A stretch of DNA of 36,827 bases, taken from Clostridiaceae bacterium (GTDB lineage Bacteria > Bacillota > Clostridia > Clostridiales > Clostridiaceae). A program made the translations under genes and the position numbers. The notes under the pieces were generated by a model. The model had not been told where the DNA came from and did no database searches. It worked only from the letters and a program-made list of their open reading frames with translations. Where the stretch lies: positions 1 to 36,827 of the forward strand of contig JBASOA010000039.1 of assembly GCA_049657765.1 (NCBI GenBank). The letters run 5' to 3'. This document shows, in pieces, positions 7,879 through 18,357 of this stretch; within the stretch, counting starts at the first letter, position 1; each line of letters opens with the position of its first letter.

Positions 7879-8838
7879 TTAATCTACTTTGTATTCATGG
7901 TCCTTGCTTGAAGGCGTATTTTCTTTTTCATCAGCTAGTTGCTTCTGCTTTTCAGATTCAAGTTTTTCGCTTTCAACTTTTTTGCTATTCTCTTCTTCTC
8001 GAAGGGTTTCAATATCAATTCCCTTCAGTGCGAGTTCTTCCTTCAATTGATTGAACTTAAGTTCCACGTCTTCCTTTTTAACATTGGAAAGGAAAGAGTT
8101 TTTCATGGTAAGGGAATGTTCAAAGGCATCATAAGCTTTGACGTAATTTCCTTTTTTCCACTGAATAATGCCATAATAGTAGAAGGCTTCAGGGAATTTT
8201 ACAAAGTCAATGATGACATCATATATTTTTTCTGCCTGGTCATATTCTCCGAGGAAGAAATGAGACTGGGCCAGATTGTCTCCGATGACATTGTCGTCAG
8301 GATTAAAGTCATAGGCTTCCTGATTGAATTCCAGAGCCTTTTTATAGTCTCCTTTGGAAATATACAGATAGCCCAAGATTTCATACATGATGGTATTTTT
8401 GTATTGTTCCTTGATGTCTTCAACGAGCTTGATTCCTTTATCAATATCACCTTTTTTCCAATTCAGGATGGCAAGGTTTAGGATGCTGTTGAAATGGAAT
8501 CTTGAATCCTTGGCTTGATATTCGGAGGCTTCGATAAGATAGGGTTCTGCTTCCTCTACACGGCCTTCTCTAAGGAGAAGGTAGCCATAGCTTGATTTGA
8601 TATAAGGCTTTGACTGTTTGTGTTTTACAGCCTTTTCAAAGTATTTCAGCGCATTTTCTTTGTCACCTTTGTTATAAGCCCGGCTTCCTTTTGAAGCGAG
8701 TATTGTCGGGATATTTTTGTAGATCATATACCCAAGGTAGATAACGATGAAAAAGTTTCCTAAAGTAGGATATCCACTGGCGATGAGGATGAATGTTGCT
8801 GCAACAAGGATGATGTCGATAATTGGTAAATTTTTCAT
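7879..8838 (-). CDS. TPR-repeat membrane protein (two N-terminal TM helices, multiple TPR motifs, charged Glu/Lys-rich C-terminal tail)
   Basis: Repeated AxxYFxKAxxxxP-like TPR patterns; N-terminal hydrophobic segments. Confidence 0.6.
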   Translation of the reverse strand: MKNLPIIDIILVAATFILIASGYPTLGNFFIVIYLGYMIYKNIPTILASKGSRAYNKGDKENALKYFEKAVKHKQSKPYIKSSYGYLLLREGRVEEAEPYLIEASEYQAKDSRFHFNSILNLAILNWKKGDIDKGIKLVEDIKEQYKNTIMYEILGYLYISKGDYKKALEFNQEAYDFNPDDNVIGDNLAQSHFFLGEYDQAEKIYDVIIDFVKFPEAFYYYGIIQWKKGNYVKAYDAFEHSLTMKNSFLSNVKKEDVELKFNQLKEELALKGIDIETLREEENSKKVESEKLESEKQKQLADEKENTPSSKDHEYKVD

Positions 8839-9090
8839 TAAAATAAACCTCTTCTTCCTTTTTTCTTTAAGTGCTTTTCTTTGGTCATGTTCTTATCAAA
8901 ATCATACCACGATTCAAGTCAGAATTGAATTCATCGTGAATTTTGTTTATCATAGTACATATGATAGCATGATTATCTTAAGTTAACTTTATATTTATCG
9001 TGTTAATATAATTGAAACCAAGCTGAAACGAGCGTTAAGCAGAACCTATGCATGCGCTGTGACCCTTCAGCGAAAGGAAGGAATACTCTT

Positions 9091-9753
9091 ATGATTGAAG
9101 CAGTCTTATTTGATTTAGATGGCACTGTAGCCAATACCAACGACCTGATATATGAATCCTTCAAAAGGATGTTCAAGGAGAAGATGAACCTCAATGTTCC
9201 AGATGAGGTCATCTATGGTTTTTTTGGAGAACCTCTTCAATATAGTCTCAGCAAGTATGCTGATGATACCAATGACCTCATGGCAGCATTCAGAGCATTC
9301 AATGAAAGCAACCACGACCAGATGATTAAAAGTTTTGACGGGGTTAAGGAAGCCCTGGAGATGCTAAAAGACTTAAATATAAAACTTGGCATTGTGACTT
9401 CAAAGAGGGAACATATGGCGAAGAGAAGCCTAGGGGTTCTTGGACTACTTGATTACTTCGATGTCATTGTCACTCCTGAGTGTACAAAGGAGCATAAACC
9501 CAATGCTGAGCCGCTTTTAAAGGCCTGTGAGCTTCTCGGAGGCATCAATCCAAAGAATACCCTGATGGTTGGAGACTCGGCGTTTGACATCAAATGTGGC
9601 AATAATGCCGGCGCAACTTCTGTTGCGGTATCTTATACCGTCATTGACCCTTTGGTGATCAAAGAAGCTGAACCTGATTACTACATCGATGATCTTAGAG
9701 AGCTTATCGAACTGGTCAGGATATTGAATGAAAAAAGCAATAAAGTCGTTTAA
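9091..9753 (+). CDS. HAD-IA hydrolase (PpaX/phosphoglycolate-phosphatase-like)
   Basis: FDLDGTVANT motif I, VTSK motif II, GDSAFDI motif IV; RBS AAGGAAGG. Confidence 0.8.
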   Translation: MIEAVLFDLDGTVANTNDLIYESFKRMFKEKMNLNVPDEVIYGFFGEPLQYSLSKYADDTNDLMAAFRAFNESNHDQMIKSFDGVKEALEMLKDLNIKLGIVTSKREHMAKRSLGVLGLLDYFDVIVTPECTKEHKPNAEPLLKACELLGGINPKNTLMVGDSAFDIKCGNNAGATSVAVSYTVIDPLVIKEAEPDYYIDDLRELIELVRILNEKSNKVV

Positions 9754-9760
9754 CCGAGTG

Positions 9761-9808
9761 AAAAGTCCTTCAGGCCTCAATGTGAGGTTTGAAGGACTTT
9801 TTTTAAGA
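9761..9808 (+). terminator. Rho-independent terminator (AAAAGTCCTTCA...TGAAGGACTTTTTTT)
   Basis: 12-bp stem plus T7. Confidence 0.8.
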
Positions 9809-9918
9809 CTATGTATTAATAAACTGTTGAAATTGTATGGAATTTTAAAGGGTGAATAAAATTAACCCTATAAGTCGATTTTTAAGAGGATGATGAATTA
9901 CACTCTATTCAATCAGTT

Positions 9919-10170
9919 TTAGAGTAATGCTTGTGCATGACTATAATCCTTCTTATGCACATAGAGATAATAGGTCTTGGCTAAATCCATATTGATACCA
10001 AAAGTACCCGTTCTTGCTCGGTTAGATGAACCAAAATAACTCGGACTGGTACTATCGACTACTTTATATACATATTTAATTCCATTTGAAGAAAGTTTAT
10101 TCCGGGCTTCATTAAATCTTTGTAAAGAGTTTCCTACAAAAACTTCTTTTCTGTTCCAAATCATTATCAT
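9919..10170 (-). CDS. Small hypothetical protein (83 aa)
   Basis: ORF with a non-repetitive, plausible composition (…YLYVHKKDY…). No family recognised. Confidence 0.45.
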   Translation of the reverse strand: MIMIWNRKEVFVGNSLQRFNEARNKLSSNGIKYVYKVVDSTSPSYFGSSNRARTGTFGINMDLAKTYYLYVHKKDYSHAQALL

Positions 10171-10357
10171 AAATTTTCTCCTTAATTAATCATATTCTAA
10201 GATCAAATCATATGGACTTCACATTTGGCATCATACATCTTCTGCAACTGTTCTTTTCTATATCCTATCCTGTTTTGCTCATTACAATCAAATTTCAACA
10301 CTAATATAAAACATAGGCTTGATCAATCCTCTATTTAATTTATTTTTACTGGCAAGC

Positions 10358-10924
10358 TTACTTGAACATCAAAATTTGATGTTTGGGCGTGCTTTTGATC
10401 ACGTTCATATTGCTGGAAATCATTCCTCTGATAATCTGATCAAAGGTCAGGCTTTGATCATTAGAGAGGACAATGAGACCAGAATTTCTTAAAGGATTTC
10501 CGGTTTCTCCCTCAAGGTTTAAAAGATATTGATAAGGTACTTTTTCTTGAGTAGGAGCGCTGGAGTCAAAGCTGTAATAGGAGCCATCTTCATAGAAGAT
10601 GTCCGTGTAAAATGGATGATTAGAAGACGCTTCGGTGAAGAACTTGACCAGTCTGACGCTGGTGTTTTTTCCTTTAGTAGAGGTTTGAGTAAAATTCGTC
10701 CATAATTCTTCATTGGCAATGATGTTCAGATTTTTTGTTACCAGGTACCCGTCTTTGGTTGCATCTTCCATGGTGTATTCTTCAGGTAATGCATTAAAGC
10801 CAGTATATTGGCCATTCATATCAAAATTAAAGACGGGCTTGGCCTCATTCTTATTTGCTTCATTGCACCCCGCTAGAAGTACGAGGGAAACTACAAGCAT
10901 GAGAATAGTACTGGTTTTTTTCAT
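10358..10924 (-). CDS. Hypothetical lipoprotein (188 aa)
   Basis: Signal peptide with lipobox LAGC. Confidence 0.6.
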   Translation of the reverse strand: MKKTSTILMLVVSLVLLAGCNEANKNEAKPVFNFDMNGQYTGFNALPEEYTMEDATKDGYLVTKNLNIIANEELWTNFTQTSTKGKNTSVRLVKFFTEASSNHPFYTDIFYEDGSYYSFDSSAPTQEKVPYQYLLNLEGETGNPLRNSGLIVLSNDQSLTFDQIIRGMISSNMNVIKSTPKHQILMFK

Positions 10925-11010
10925 CTAAAATCATTCCTTTCATTTTCACTTTAAAAAAGTATCTCCAATGATCAGGGATTTAAGAGGGAGCACACAAATT
11001 CCAAATTGTT

Positions 11011-12786
11011 TTACGGTTTAGTATCGATCAATGCAATCTTGCTTTCCTCACTTAGCCTGTTGAAGGCTGAAACCGCATAAACATAGGTCTCAGTGTCAAG
11101 ATGATTGATTGCATACTCGGTTTTCTCTTGGTCATAAATAATCTTTTTGTAGATATAGGATGGGTTGCTTGGATCAATGTCGTCTTTTGGAAACTGATAG
11201 ACAAGGAAGAACTTGGTTTTTTTCACCTCATCGAATTCTTCATTCCCATCTTTGAAGGAGAGAACCTCATTCACAATCTTAATCTCTTTTGGAACGGCTA
11301 CACCTACTTTGGTAAAATGATAATTGTAGGGGATGATTGCAGGTGTTTTAAAATCTTCTTTGATGGCTTCATTATTTTTAATGAGGTTTTGTCTGCCCTC
11401 CGCATTGTCTTTAAAAAAATCACTAAGGGGCGTAAGATACTTAAAACTGAAAAAGGAAGATCCCTTGATATTCGGGAGCGTCTTGTTGAATGCAAGTTGT
11501 TCGCTGATGACGGTGTCTCCCTTCCAGGAAGGACTCGAAGCCTGTTCAAAAAGCTTGTAATTCGCATGGCCGATATATAAGGAGACATCGGTTCCTTCAA
11601 CGACTGAGGACCACCAGGTCGCGAGTTCCTTGTAAGGCGCGGCGGTTTCATCAAAGCTCCAATAAATCTGGGGGATGATATAGTCAATGATTTCGTCCTT
11701 TACCCATTTTCGAGTATCGGCGAAGACCATGTTCTTATAGGTCTCTGAACTCGTGACTGGCGTATTGGAACCAAGGCCATCGGTTTCTTCTGCATGGCCC
11801 CAGATGCCAAATGGGCTGATTCCGAGTTTAACATAAGGCTTCAGATCTTTGATTTTTTCGTTCAGGTTTTTTACAAACTGAGTGACATTATCCCTTCTCC
11901 AGGACTTAATATCGGTGAAGGCTCCTTGGTTTGCAAGATATGTCTCCTCGTCCTCGTTTTCATCTCCAAAATAGTAAGGAACGGAGGCTCCATTCTCATC
12001 AGTTTTTGTGGAACGGTAGGGATAGAAGTAGTCATCAAGATGGATAGCATCGATATCGTAATTCTTGACCACTTCCATAATGCTTAAGGTAACAAATTCC
12101 ATCACTTCAGGATCCCCAGGATTGAGGAAAAGTTTATCGTCGAAACGAAGAACCTTATCCGGATGTAGTCTGGCGTAATTTTTTTCGGAAAGCGTGGACA
12201 GGATGTCCTCGGTAGTCTTCCCCGGTGCTTTTATTACAGTTACACGATAAGGATTAAACCAGGCATGGAATTCCATTCCTCGCTTGTGCGTTTCGTCGAC
12301 TGCGAATTTTAGCAGATCAAAAGGCAGTACGCCTTCAATCTTGCCAGTGATATACACGGAGGCAGGATTAAGCTCGGAAAGATACAGCGCATCACCTGAG
12401 GGTCTTACTTGCATGATGATGGCGTTTAGATTATAGATTTCATAGACGTCCAGGATTTTTAGAAATGATTTTTTCAGCTCATCTGTGCTCATTCCTTGAG
12501 TTTCAGGATATCCACTATTTAAGACTGAAGGGAGCCAGGCGGCTCTGAACATATATTTTCCACTTTGGCTTTCAGCTGGAGCATCCAGATAACTCAGGTG
12601 ATCATCGATTGGAACTTCAATCACCGGGGTTTCATTTTGAGCAGATTCCACTGGTGTAGAAATCGGTTCTTCAATTTCCGGATTAATCAGAGAGCAGCCG
12701 TAAAGTAATGTTGAAATGAAGAAAATGGAAGCGATCAGCATCCCTTTTGGAAGGATGGAGAAGGCTTTTCTTTGTTTTATCATCAT
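11011..12786 (-). CDS. Glycoside-hydrolase-like family 10 (GHL10/DUF187, YngK-like) lipoprotein
   Basis: Lipobox LYGC; 591 aa; FRAAW...FHAWFNPYR...IHLDDYFYP motifs typical of the YngK family. Confidence 0.65.
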   Translation of the reverse strand: MMIKQRKAFSILPKGMLIASIFFISTLLYGCSLINPEIEEPISTPVESAQNETPVIEVPIDDHLSYLDAPAESQSGKYMFRAAWLPSVLNSGYPETQGMSTDELKKSFLKILDVYEIYNLNAIIMQVRPSGDALYLSELNPASVYITGKIEGVLPFDLLKFAVDETHKRGMEFHAWFNPYRVTVIKAPGKTTEDILSTLSEKNYARLHPDKVLRFDDKLFLNPGDPEVMEFVTLSIMEVVKNYDIDAIHLDDYFYPYRSTKTDENGASVPYYFGDENEDEETYLANQGAFTDIKSWRRDNVTQFVKNLNEKIKDLKPYVKLGISPFGIWGHAEETDGLGSNTPVTSSETYKNMVFADTRKWVKDEIIDYIIPQIYWSFDETAAPYKELATWWSSVVEGTDVSLYIGHANYKLFEQASSPSWKGDTVISEQLAFNKTLPNIKGSSFFSFKYLTPLSDFFKDNAEGRQNLIKNNEAIKEDFKTPAIIPYNYHFTKVGVAVPKEIKIVNEVLSFKDGNEEFDEVKKTKFFLVYQFPKDDIDPSNPSYIYKKIIYDQEKTEYAINHLDTETYVYAVSAFNRLSEESKIALIDTKP

Positions 12787-12999
12787 ATCTATGCAAGAGC
12801 CTACGGATTAAGTTTGCCGTGGATTCTTTGCTTCTCACCTCATTTTGAATAATTTGATGTCTTCAGGGGATTTAAATTTTCATTGTATTTCAATTATAGA
12901 CAAAATTCAAAAAAATAAAGTTACAATAAAGTTAAGTGACAAGTGCTGCAATTCGCTTGTTGTAGCCTAGGTTTATTTAGGTTAAAAGAGGGCAAACAA

Positions 13000-13027
13000 A
13001 AAGGACTGAAATCTCAGTCCTTTTAAA
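13000..13027. terminator. Bidirectional terminator AAAAGGACTGA-aatc-TCAGTCCTTTT
   Basis: Read directly. Confidence 0.75.
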
Positions 13028-13036
13028 TCGCTTGGG

Positions 13037-14350
13037 TTAATATTTCTTACTTCTCGTATCCACATATTTTCCAGTTCTTTTCCCGCTGGCAATCCTTCTT
13101 TTTCTGGCCAGTTTCCTTCTTCGTTTATTTAGACTCGTCACGAGGACAAGCATGAAAATAACGATGAAGAGGAGCACAATCATGATGTAACTGAAAAGAT
13201 GGGTCTTTAAGATTTTATTGGGAACATCGATGGTTGAAACCAGAGACACGTTTTTCGTGATCTGTCTTTCTTTGAGTACGGCTGTACCAACTTCTGTTCC
13301 TTCCTTGATAGACAAGGCATCAATATCTGCATAATTAAACTCTACTGTGGATTCTGAAATATTGACATCATTCTCATAGTAGGAAAGGCTGTCCATAGAT
13401 TTTACAGGAACTTCCATTTCTCTTGTAGGACCGATGAATCTAAATGGTCTGTATTCTACAGTAATCACACCAACTTCTTGTGCCTTTGAAAGCTTAACAG
13501 CTTTTTCTTCCAGGTAAGAGGCGTTTGCAAGGGTTTCCGTGTCTGTAAAGACTCGTACGTTGCCAGGATCTCCATTAGGATCAGAGTTCAGGATAATGGT
13601 TCCGATGGTTCTTCCATCGCGAACATAAACAGAAGCAAGGCATCTTCCGGCTTCGCCGGTAAATCCTGTCTTTCCGAAAACATTCCCGTTCAGTCCAATG
13701 TTCTTGTTTTTGCTGATGATGGTTCCAAGGGTCTGTGTTTTACTTTTCATATCGTAGTCAGCTTTGCTGGCAACTTCTTGAAGCCAAGGGTCGTTGTAGG
13801 CGGCTTTAAGAAGGAAAGTCAGGTCATAAGCTGTCGTATAATGGTCTGGGTCATGTATTCCTGTAGCAGTAACAAAGTGTGAATTTGTCATGCCTAAGGA
13901 CTGAGCTTTCTTATTCATGAGGACCGCAAAATCCTCTATACTCCCCGAGATGTTCATGGCGATAATGACAGCTGCATCATTGGCAGAACCAAGAAGCAGG
14001 GCATACATCACATCATTTGCTGAAATCTCCGTATCATTGGGGATATTTTTCAAGTTATAGTAGATGGAATAAGGAACTTCTAGTCTTGCTTCCTGAGGGT
14101 ATTTAAGGTATTCAGATTTTTTAGTGGAGTACACGTCTGAAAACACAAGTGCTGTAAGTAATTTTGTGATGGATGCAGGATAACGTGGAGTATCTATATC
14201 CTTTGTGAGGATGAGTTCGCCTGTATCCAAATCAAATGAAAGTGCTGATGAACCGCTTATTTCAGGCATCTCGGCTTTGGCGATAACTGATGGGAATAGC
14301 ATAATCATCAGTAATAAAATTACGGGTACTTTTAATAGTGTCTTCTTCAT
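13037..14350 (-). CDS. D-alanyl-D-alanine carboxypeptidase (peptidase S11, DacB/DacF-like) with a C-terminal TM anchor and basic tail
   Basis: Signal peptide, SITK (SxxK), SAND (SxN), KTGFT (KTG). Confidence 0.85.
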   Translation of the reverse strand: MKKTLLKVPVILLLMIMLFPSVIAKAEMPEISGSSALSFDLDTGELILTKDIDTPRYPASITKLLTALVFSDVYSTKKSEYLKYPQEARLEVPYSIYYNLKNIPNDTEISANDVMYALLLGSANDAAVIIAMNISGSIEDFAVLMNKKAQSLGMTNSHFVTATGIHDPDHYTTAYDLTFLLKAAYNDPWLQEVASKADYDMKSKTQTLGTIISKNKNIGLNGNVFGKTGFTGEAGRCLASVYVRDGRTIGTIILNSDPNGDPGNVRVFTDTETLANASYLEEKAVKLSKAQEVGVITVEYRPFRFIGPTREMEVPVKSMDSLSYYENDVNISESTVEFNYADIDALSIKEGTEVGTAVLKERQITKNVSLVSTIDVPNKILKTHLFSYIMIVLLFIVIFMLVLVTSLNKRRRKLARKRRIASGKRTGKYVDTRSKKY

Positions 14351-14512
14351 TATTCCTCCTTGGGCCCGGAACGGGTTGAAATTTAATCTATATGCTGGTT
14401 ATTTAATATTGCGTTATGTTAATTCTATGGATTGTTTGAACTTAATTCAAACTGTCTGTTAACATTATAACCTAAAAAGGGCAAAGTTTAACCCTAAATC
14501 TGAGAATATATC

Positions 14513-14521
14513 TGATATAAT
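14513..14521 (+). promoter_or_regulatory. Extended -10 TGaTATAAT promoter for the Nudix-ADH operon
   Basis: Read directly. Confidence 0.4.
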
Positions 14522-14551
14522 ATGGTTAAGAAATGAGAGGAATGATGAGTC

Positions 14552-15154
14552 ATGAAATCAATCGATGTCTTTAGAGACAGGACGCCTAATATCATTGGAA
14601 AACGCAGCGAATATGCGGTAATGCTCCTCGTGATTCGTGAAGATGGTGAAGAAAAAATTATCCTGGAGAAAAGGGCGATGACCTTGAAAAACCAACCTGG
14701 TGATATTTGTCTCCCAGGTGGATTCATTGAAAAAGATGAAACTCCAGAGGAGGCTGCCATCCGGGAAACCATGGAAGAGCTTATGCTAAAAAATGAGGAA
14801 ATAGAGATTGTTGGGCCAATGGATTACTTTATCAGCCCCTATGGTCAGACGATGTATCCTTTTGTCGCACGGACAAATAGAACGGAGTTTGAACCCAGCA
14901 AGGATGAAGTTGATCATCTCATTAAAATCCCGCTTGATTTTTTTATGAATCACAAACCTCTGATTTACGAAATTGACTTAAGTTCCAATATGGGCGAAGA
15001 CTTTCCATATCACCTCATTGAACAGGGAAAGAATTATCCCTTCAGGCGTGGAAAATTCAAGCAGTACTTTTACCGTTATGAGGAGTATGTCGTTTGGGGT
15101 TTCACCGCGCAGATCATTAAAAGTTTTATCGATATTTTAAGGGAGGATGTATAA
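14552..15154 (+). CDS. NUDIX hydrolase (CoA-pyrophosphatase-like)
   Basis: Nudix box GGFIEKDETPEEAAIRETMEELML. Confidence 0.8.
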   Translation: MKSIDVFRDRTPNIIGKRSEYAVMLLVIREDGEEKIILEKRAMTLKNQPGDICLPGGFIEKDETPEEAAIRETMEELMLKNEEIEIVGPMDYFISPYGQTMYPFVARTNRTEFEPSKDEVDHLIKIPLDFFMNHKPLIYEIDLSSNMGEDFPYHLIEQGKNYPFRRGKFKQYFYRYEEYVVWGFTAQIIKSFIDILREDV

Positions 15155-16315
15155 ATGCAAAATTTTGATTTTCATAATCCAACGAGGCTAATCCTTGGAA
15201 AGGACACGATCCCTCAACTTGGAAAATGTATTGCTGAATATGGGAATAAAAAGGTACTGCTTCTTTATGGAAAAGGATCAATCATGAAAAATGGCGTCTA
15301 CGATCAGGTCGTCAAGTCCTTAAAAGACTATGGCATTGAATATGTCGAGATGAGTGGCGTTAAACCTAATCCGGTACTTTCCAAAGTGAGGGAAACCGTA
15401 GCCTTGATGAAGAAGGAGAAAGTTGATGCTATCGTTGCCGTTGGTGGAGGATCAGTACTTGATACCTCAAAAATCAGCGCAGCTAGCTATTATTACGATG
15501 GGGATCCATGGGATTTCTATGAGAGAAAAGTAGTTCCTGAAAAAGCACTACCCATCTATGGGGTGTTGACCATTTCAGCAACGGGTTCTGAAATGAACTC
15601 TGGTGGGGTCATCACCAATGAAGATGAAAAGAAGAAATGGGGATGGGGATCAGAGTTTACCTACCCAAGGCTCTCCATCATCGATCCTTCGGTCCAGATG
15701 TCCCTTCCGGTGAACCAGACCATTAATGGCGCTGTGGATACCCTGAGTCATGTCTTTGAGGCATATTTCGGAGGCACCAAGGAAACGTTGATGCAGGATG
15801 AACTTTCTGAAGGAATCATGAGGACAACCATGGAATGCGCTAGAATTCTGGTTAAAGATCCAAGTGACTATGAAGCCAGAGCAAATCTTGCGTGGGCTGC
15901 TACACTGGCGCTTAATGGACTAAATGGGCTGGGAAGAAACGGAGATTGGGCGTCCCACAGTATTGAGCATTCAATTTCAGCTTATTATGACATTGCCCAT
16001 GGCGAAGGCCTTGCGATTGTCTTCCCTGCATGGATGACGTATGTCTGTAAATATGATGTGGATAAGTTTGCAAGATTCGGTGAGAAGATTTTCGGAATCA
16101 AGGAAGAGTCAAAGGAAGCGTCAGCACTCAAGGCGATTGAAGCCTATAAAGATTTCCTGAGAGAAATCGGTGCGCCGGTTTCCCTTAAAGAAAGAAACAT
16201 TACGGATGAAAAACTGGAAGAAATGTCTAAGAATGCCCTCTTAAGAGGACCAATAGGATCGCTTTTGAAGCTTAATTCAAACGATGTCCTGGAAATCTTA
16301 AGACTTGCGCTCTAA
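15155..16315 (+). CDS. Iron-containing alcohol dehydrogenase (butanol dehydrogenase/YqhD family)
   Basis: GGGSVLDTSK motif and conserved His-rich region; its start ATG directly abuts the Nudix stop codon (TAAATG). Confidence 0.85.
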   Translation: MQNFDFHNPTRLILGKDTIPQLGKCIAEYGNKKVLLLYGKGSIMKNGVYDQVVKSLKDYGIEYVEMSGVKPNPVLSKVRETVALMKKEKVDAIVAVGGGSVLDTSKISAASYYYDGDPWDFYERKVVPEKALPIYGVLTISATGSEMNSGGVITNEDEKKKWGWGSEFTYPRLSIIDPSVQMSLPVNQTINGAVDTLSHVFEAYFGGTKETLMQDELSEGIMRTTMECARILVKDPSDYEARANLAWAATLALNGLNGLGRNGDWASHSIEHSISAYYDIAHGEGLAIVFPAWMTYVCKYDVDKFARFGEKIFGIKEESKEASALKAIEAYKDFLREIGAPVSLKERNITDEKLEEMSKNALLRGPIGSLLKLNSNDVLEILRLAL

Positions 16316-16343
16316 GCATAAGCGATCATCAAAAATTAATTAA

Positions 16344-16394
16344 AAAGGAAAGCAGCAGATGCATTTTTAGCAATCTGCTGCTTTCCTTTTTTAG
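16344..16394 (+). terminator. Rho-independent terminator (AAAGGAAAGCAGCAGAT...ATCTGCTGCTTTCCTTTTTT)
   Basis: 17-bp stem plus T6. Confidence 0.85.
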
Positions 16395-16668
16395 CTGCAT
16401 TATTTTTAATGCTTTAGCCCTAAAGCCTCAATTCCATTTAAACAGTAAAAAAACATAAAAAAGTGCACAATAGCTGATATCATTACGGATATAGCTGAAA
16501 TATCCGAGAGGAATATGATACAATTTTATTAATGAAAAGGTTTTAAGTTAGATGTTTATCAATAAAACCGAAAGTCTTAGCTTAGATAAAATATAAGTTT
16601 CAAATATTTTAATTTATAAAATATTAAGGTAACGATATCTAATGATTTTAAACGGGGAGGTATTTTGT

Positions 16669-18264
16669 ATGACTACGATGGATTTGCTGAAAACGAAGGA
16701 GGAAGCTTTTTCGAAGGGACTTGATTTACTGGGCGTTCTGAAGAAAAATCTTTTGACGGGTTATTCTGTATCAAGGCTCATCAACGATGCTGTTCGAAAG
16801 GGCGAGGGCACACTAAGCCGAGATGGGGCGCTGGCTATTGAAACCGGTAGGTTTACCGGACGTGCGCCTAAGGACAGATATATCGTGAGAGATGAGATTA
16901 CCGAGAATACGGTGGCCTTTGGAAAAATCAACATTCCAATGAACGAAGCAGTATACCAAAACATTTTGGAAAAGGTCAAAACCTATATTAAGGATAAGGA
17001 TCTTTATCTCATCAAGGCTAAAGCTGGGGCATCTGTGAAGAATTCAATCTCCATTGATATTCTTACAGAAAATGCTGCCCAAGCCGTCTTTGCTTGTGAC
17101 ATTTTTATTAGAGATCATGAACGCGTGGGTTATGACGCCGACTTTACAGTCGTTTCTTTGCCAGAGCTTAAAGCGAATGGAAAAGCAGACGGACTAAACT
17201 CTGAAGCCTTTATTATCATCAATTTCAAGGATAAACTCGTTTTAATCGGGGGGACTAAATACTGCGGAGAAATCAAGAAATCTGTATTCTCTTTGATGAA
17301 TTTCCTGTTGCCTGAAGAGGGCATTCTTCCCATGCATTGCTCTGCGAATATGGGCAGTGACGGCAAAACGGCTTTATTCTTTGGACTTTCCGGAACAGGA
17401 AAAACAACCCTGTCAGCAGATCCGAAAAGGTCTCTCATCGGAGATGACGAACATGGATGGAATGATACCGGAGTCTTCAATATTGAAGGTGGATGCTATG
17501 CGAAATGCATCAATTTGGATCCTTTGAAAGAAAAAGAAATCTACAACTCGATAAAATTTGGATCAGTCCTCGAAAATGTGGTTTTAGATGAACAGAATGT
17601 ACCTGATTACTTTGATGGAAGCTTAACTGAAAACACGCGCTGCACTTATCCCTTGGAGTTTATCGAGAACAGGGTGGATGAGAAAGCTGGCGGACACCCA
17701 TCAACCATTCTTTTCCTGACCGCTGACGCTTGTGGAGTTATTCCCCCAATTTCAAAACTGACCAGAGAAGGGGCGATGTATCACTTCATGTCCGGATACA
17801 CTTCTAAGGTAGCTGGAACCGAAACAGGAATCATTAAACCAGAGACCACCTTCTCGGCATTGTTCGGTGAGCCTTTTATGCCAAGACCCATCGAAGAATA
17901 TGCGCATCTATTAGGCGAAAAGATCGATGCTCATGATACCGAGGTATACCTGATTAATACGGGTTGGATTGGCGGGATGTATGGCGTGGGCGAGAGAATT
18001 CCATTAAAGTACACAAGACTCATGGTGGATGCTACCCTAAATGGAGCACTGATGGATGCTAACTTTGTAAAAGATGAGATTTTTAATCTTGATATTCCAG
18101 TTGAAGTTCCAGGTGTTCCAAGTGAACTCCTCATCCCAAGGAAGTACTGGAAGGACGAGGAAGAGTATTTGAAGGTTTCAAGGGAACTTGCTGGAAAGTT
18201 CAAAGAGAATTTTAAGCGATTCGGGGATACTAGCAAAAAGATTTTGGATGCCGGTCCATTCTAA
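16669..18264 (+). CDS. pckA: Phosphoenolpyruvate carboxykinase (ATP)
   Basis: GLSGTGKTTLS kinase-1a motif, NIEGGCYAK, overall PckA length; RBS GGGGAGG 8 nt upstream of the ATG at 16669. Confidence 0.9.
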   Translation: MTTMDLLKTKEEAFSKGLDLLGVLKKNLLTGYSVSRLINDAVRKGEGTLSRDGALAIETGRFTGRAPKDRYIVRDEITENTVAFGKINIPMNEAVYQNILEKVKTYIKDKDLYLIKAKAGASVKNSISIDILTENAAQAVFACDIFIRDHERVGYDADFTVVSLPELKANGKADGLNSEAFIIINFKDKLVLIGGTKYCGEIKKSVFSLMNFLLPEEGILPMHCSANMGSDGKTALFFGLSGTGKTTLSADPKRSLIGDDEHGWNDTGVFNIEGGCYAKCINLDPLKEKEIYNSIKFGSVLENVVLDEQNVPDYFDGSLTENTRCTYPLEFIENRVDEKAGGHPSTILFLTADACGVIPPISKLTREGAMYHFMSGYTSKVAGTETGIIKPETTFSALFGEPFMPRPIEEYAHLLGEKIDAHDTEVYLINTGWIGGMYGVGERIPLKYTRLMVDATLNGALMDANFVKDEIFNLDIPVEVPGVPSELLIPRKYWKDEEEYLKVSRELAGKFKENFKRFGDTSKKILDAGPF

Positions 18265-18288
18265 TTTTAAAATCAATTACACTAAAAT

Positions 18289-18331
18289 AGGGATCGATGC
18301 TCAGGTGAAGCATCGATCCCTGTTCTGTTTT
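18289..18331. terminator. Bidirectional terminator (AGGGATCGATGC / GCATCGATCCCT)
   Basis: 12-bp stem, T-tracts on both strands. Confidence 0.8.
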
Positions 18332-18357
18332 AGCGGTAAAATCAAGGGGATGAAAGC

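Noticed and set aside
7328-8481. ORFs 7328-7510(+), 7863-8054(+), 7939-8481(+), 8199-8450(-), 8747-8986(+)
   Set aside because: Embedded in or antisense to the binding-protein or TPR-protein CDSs. Phe/Leu-rich composition typical of AT-rich antisense frames.
11101-12087. Several ORFs (11101-11580+, 11304-11687-, 11333-11560+, 11794-12087+) inside the YngK-like gene
   Set aside because: Alternative frames or antisense of a long, well-supported CDS.
16642-16668. Upstream start (MILNGEVFC…) for pckA
   Set aside because: GGGGAGG RBS is positioned for the ATG at 16669; the N-terminus MTTMDLLK matches the PckA family.
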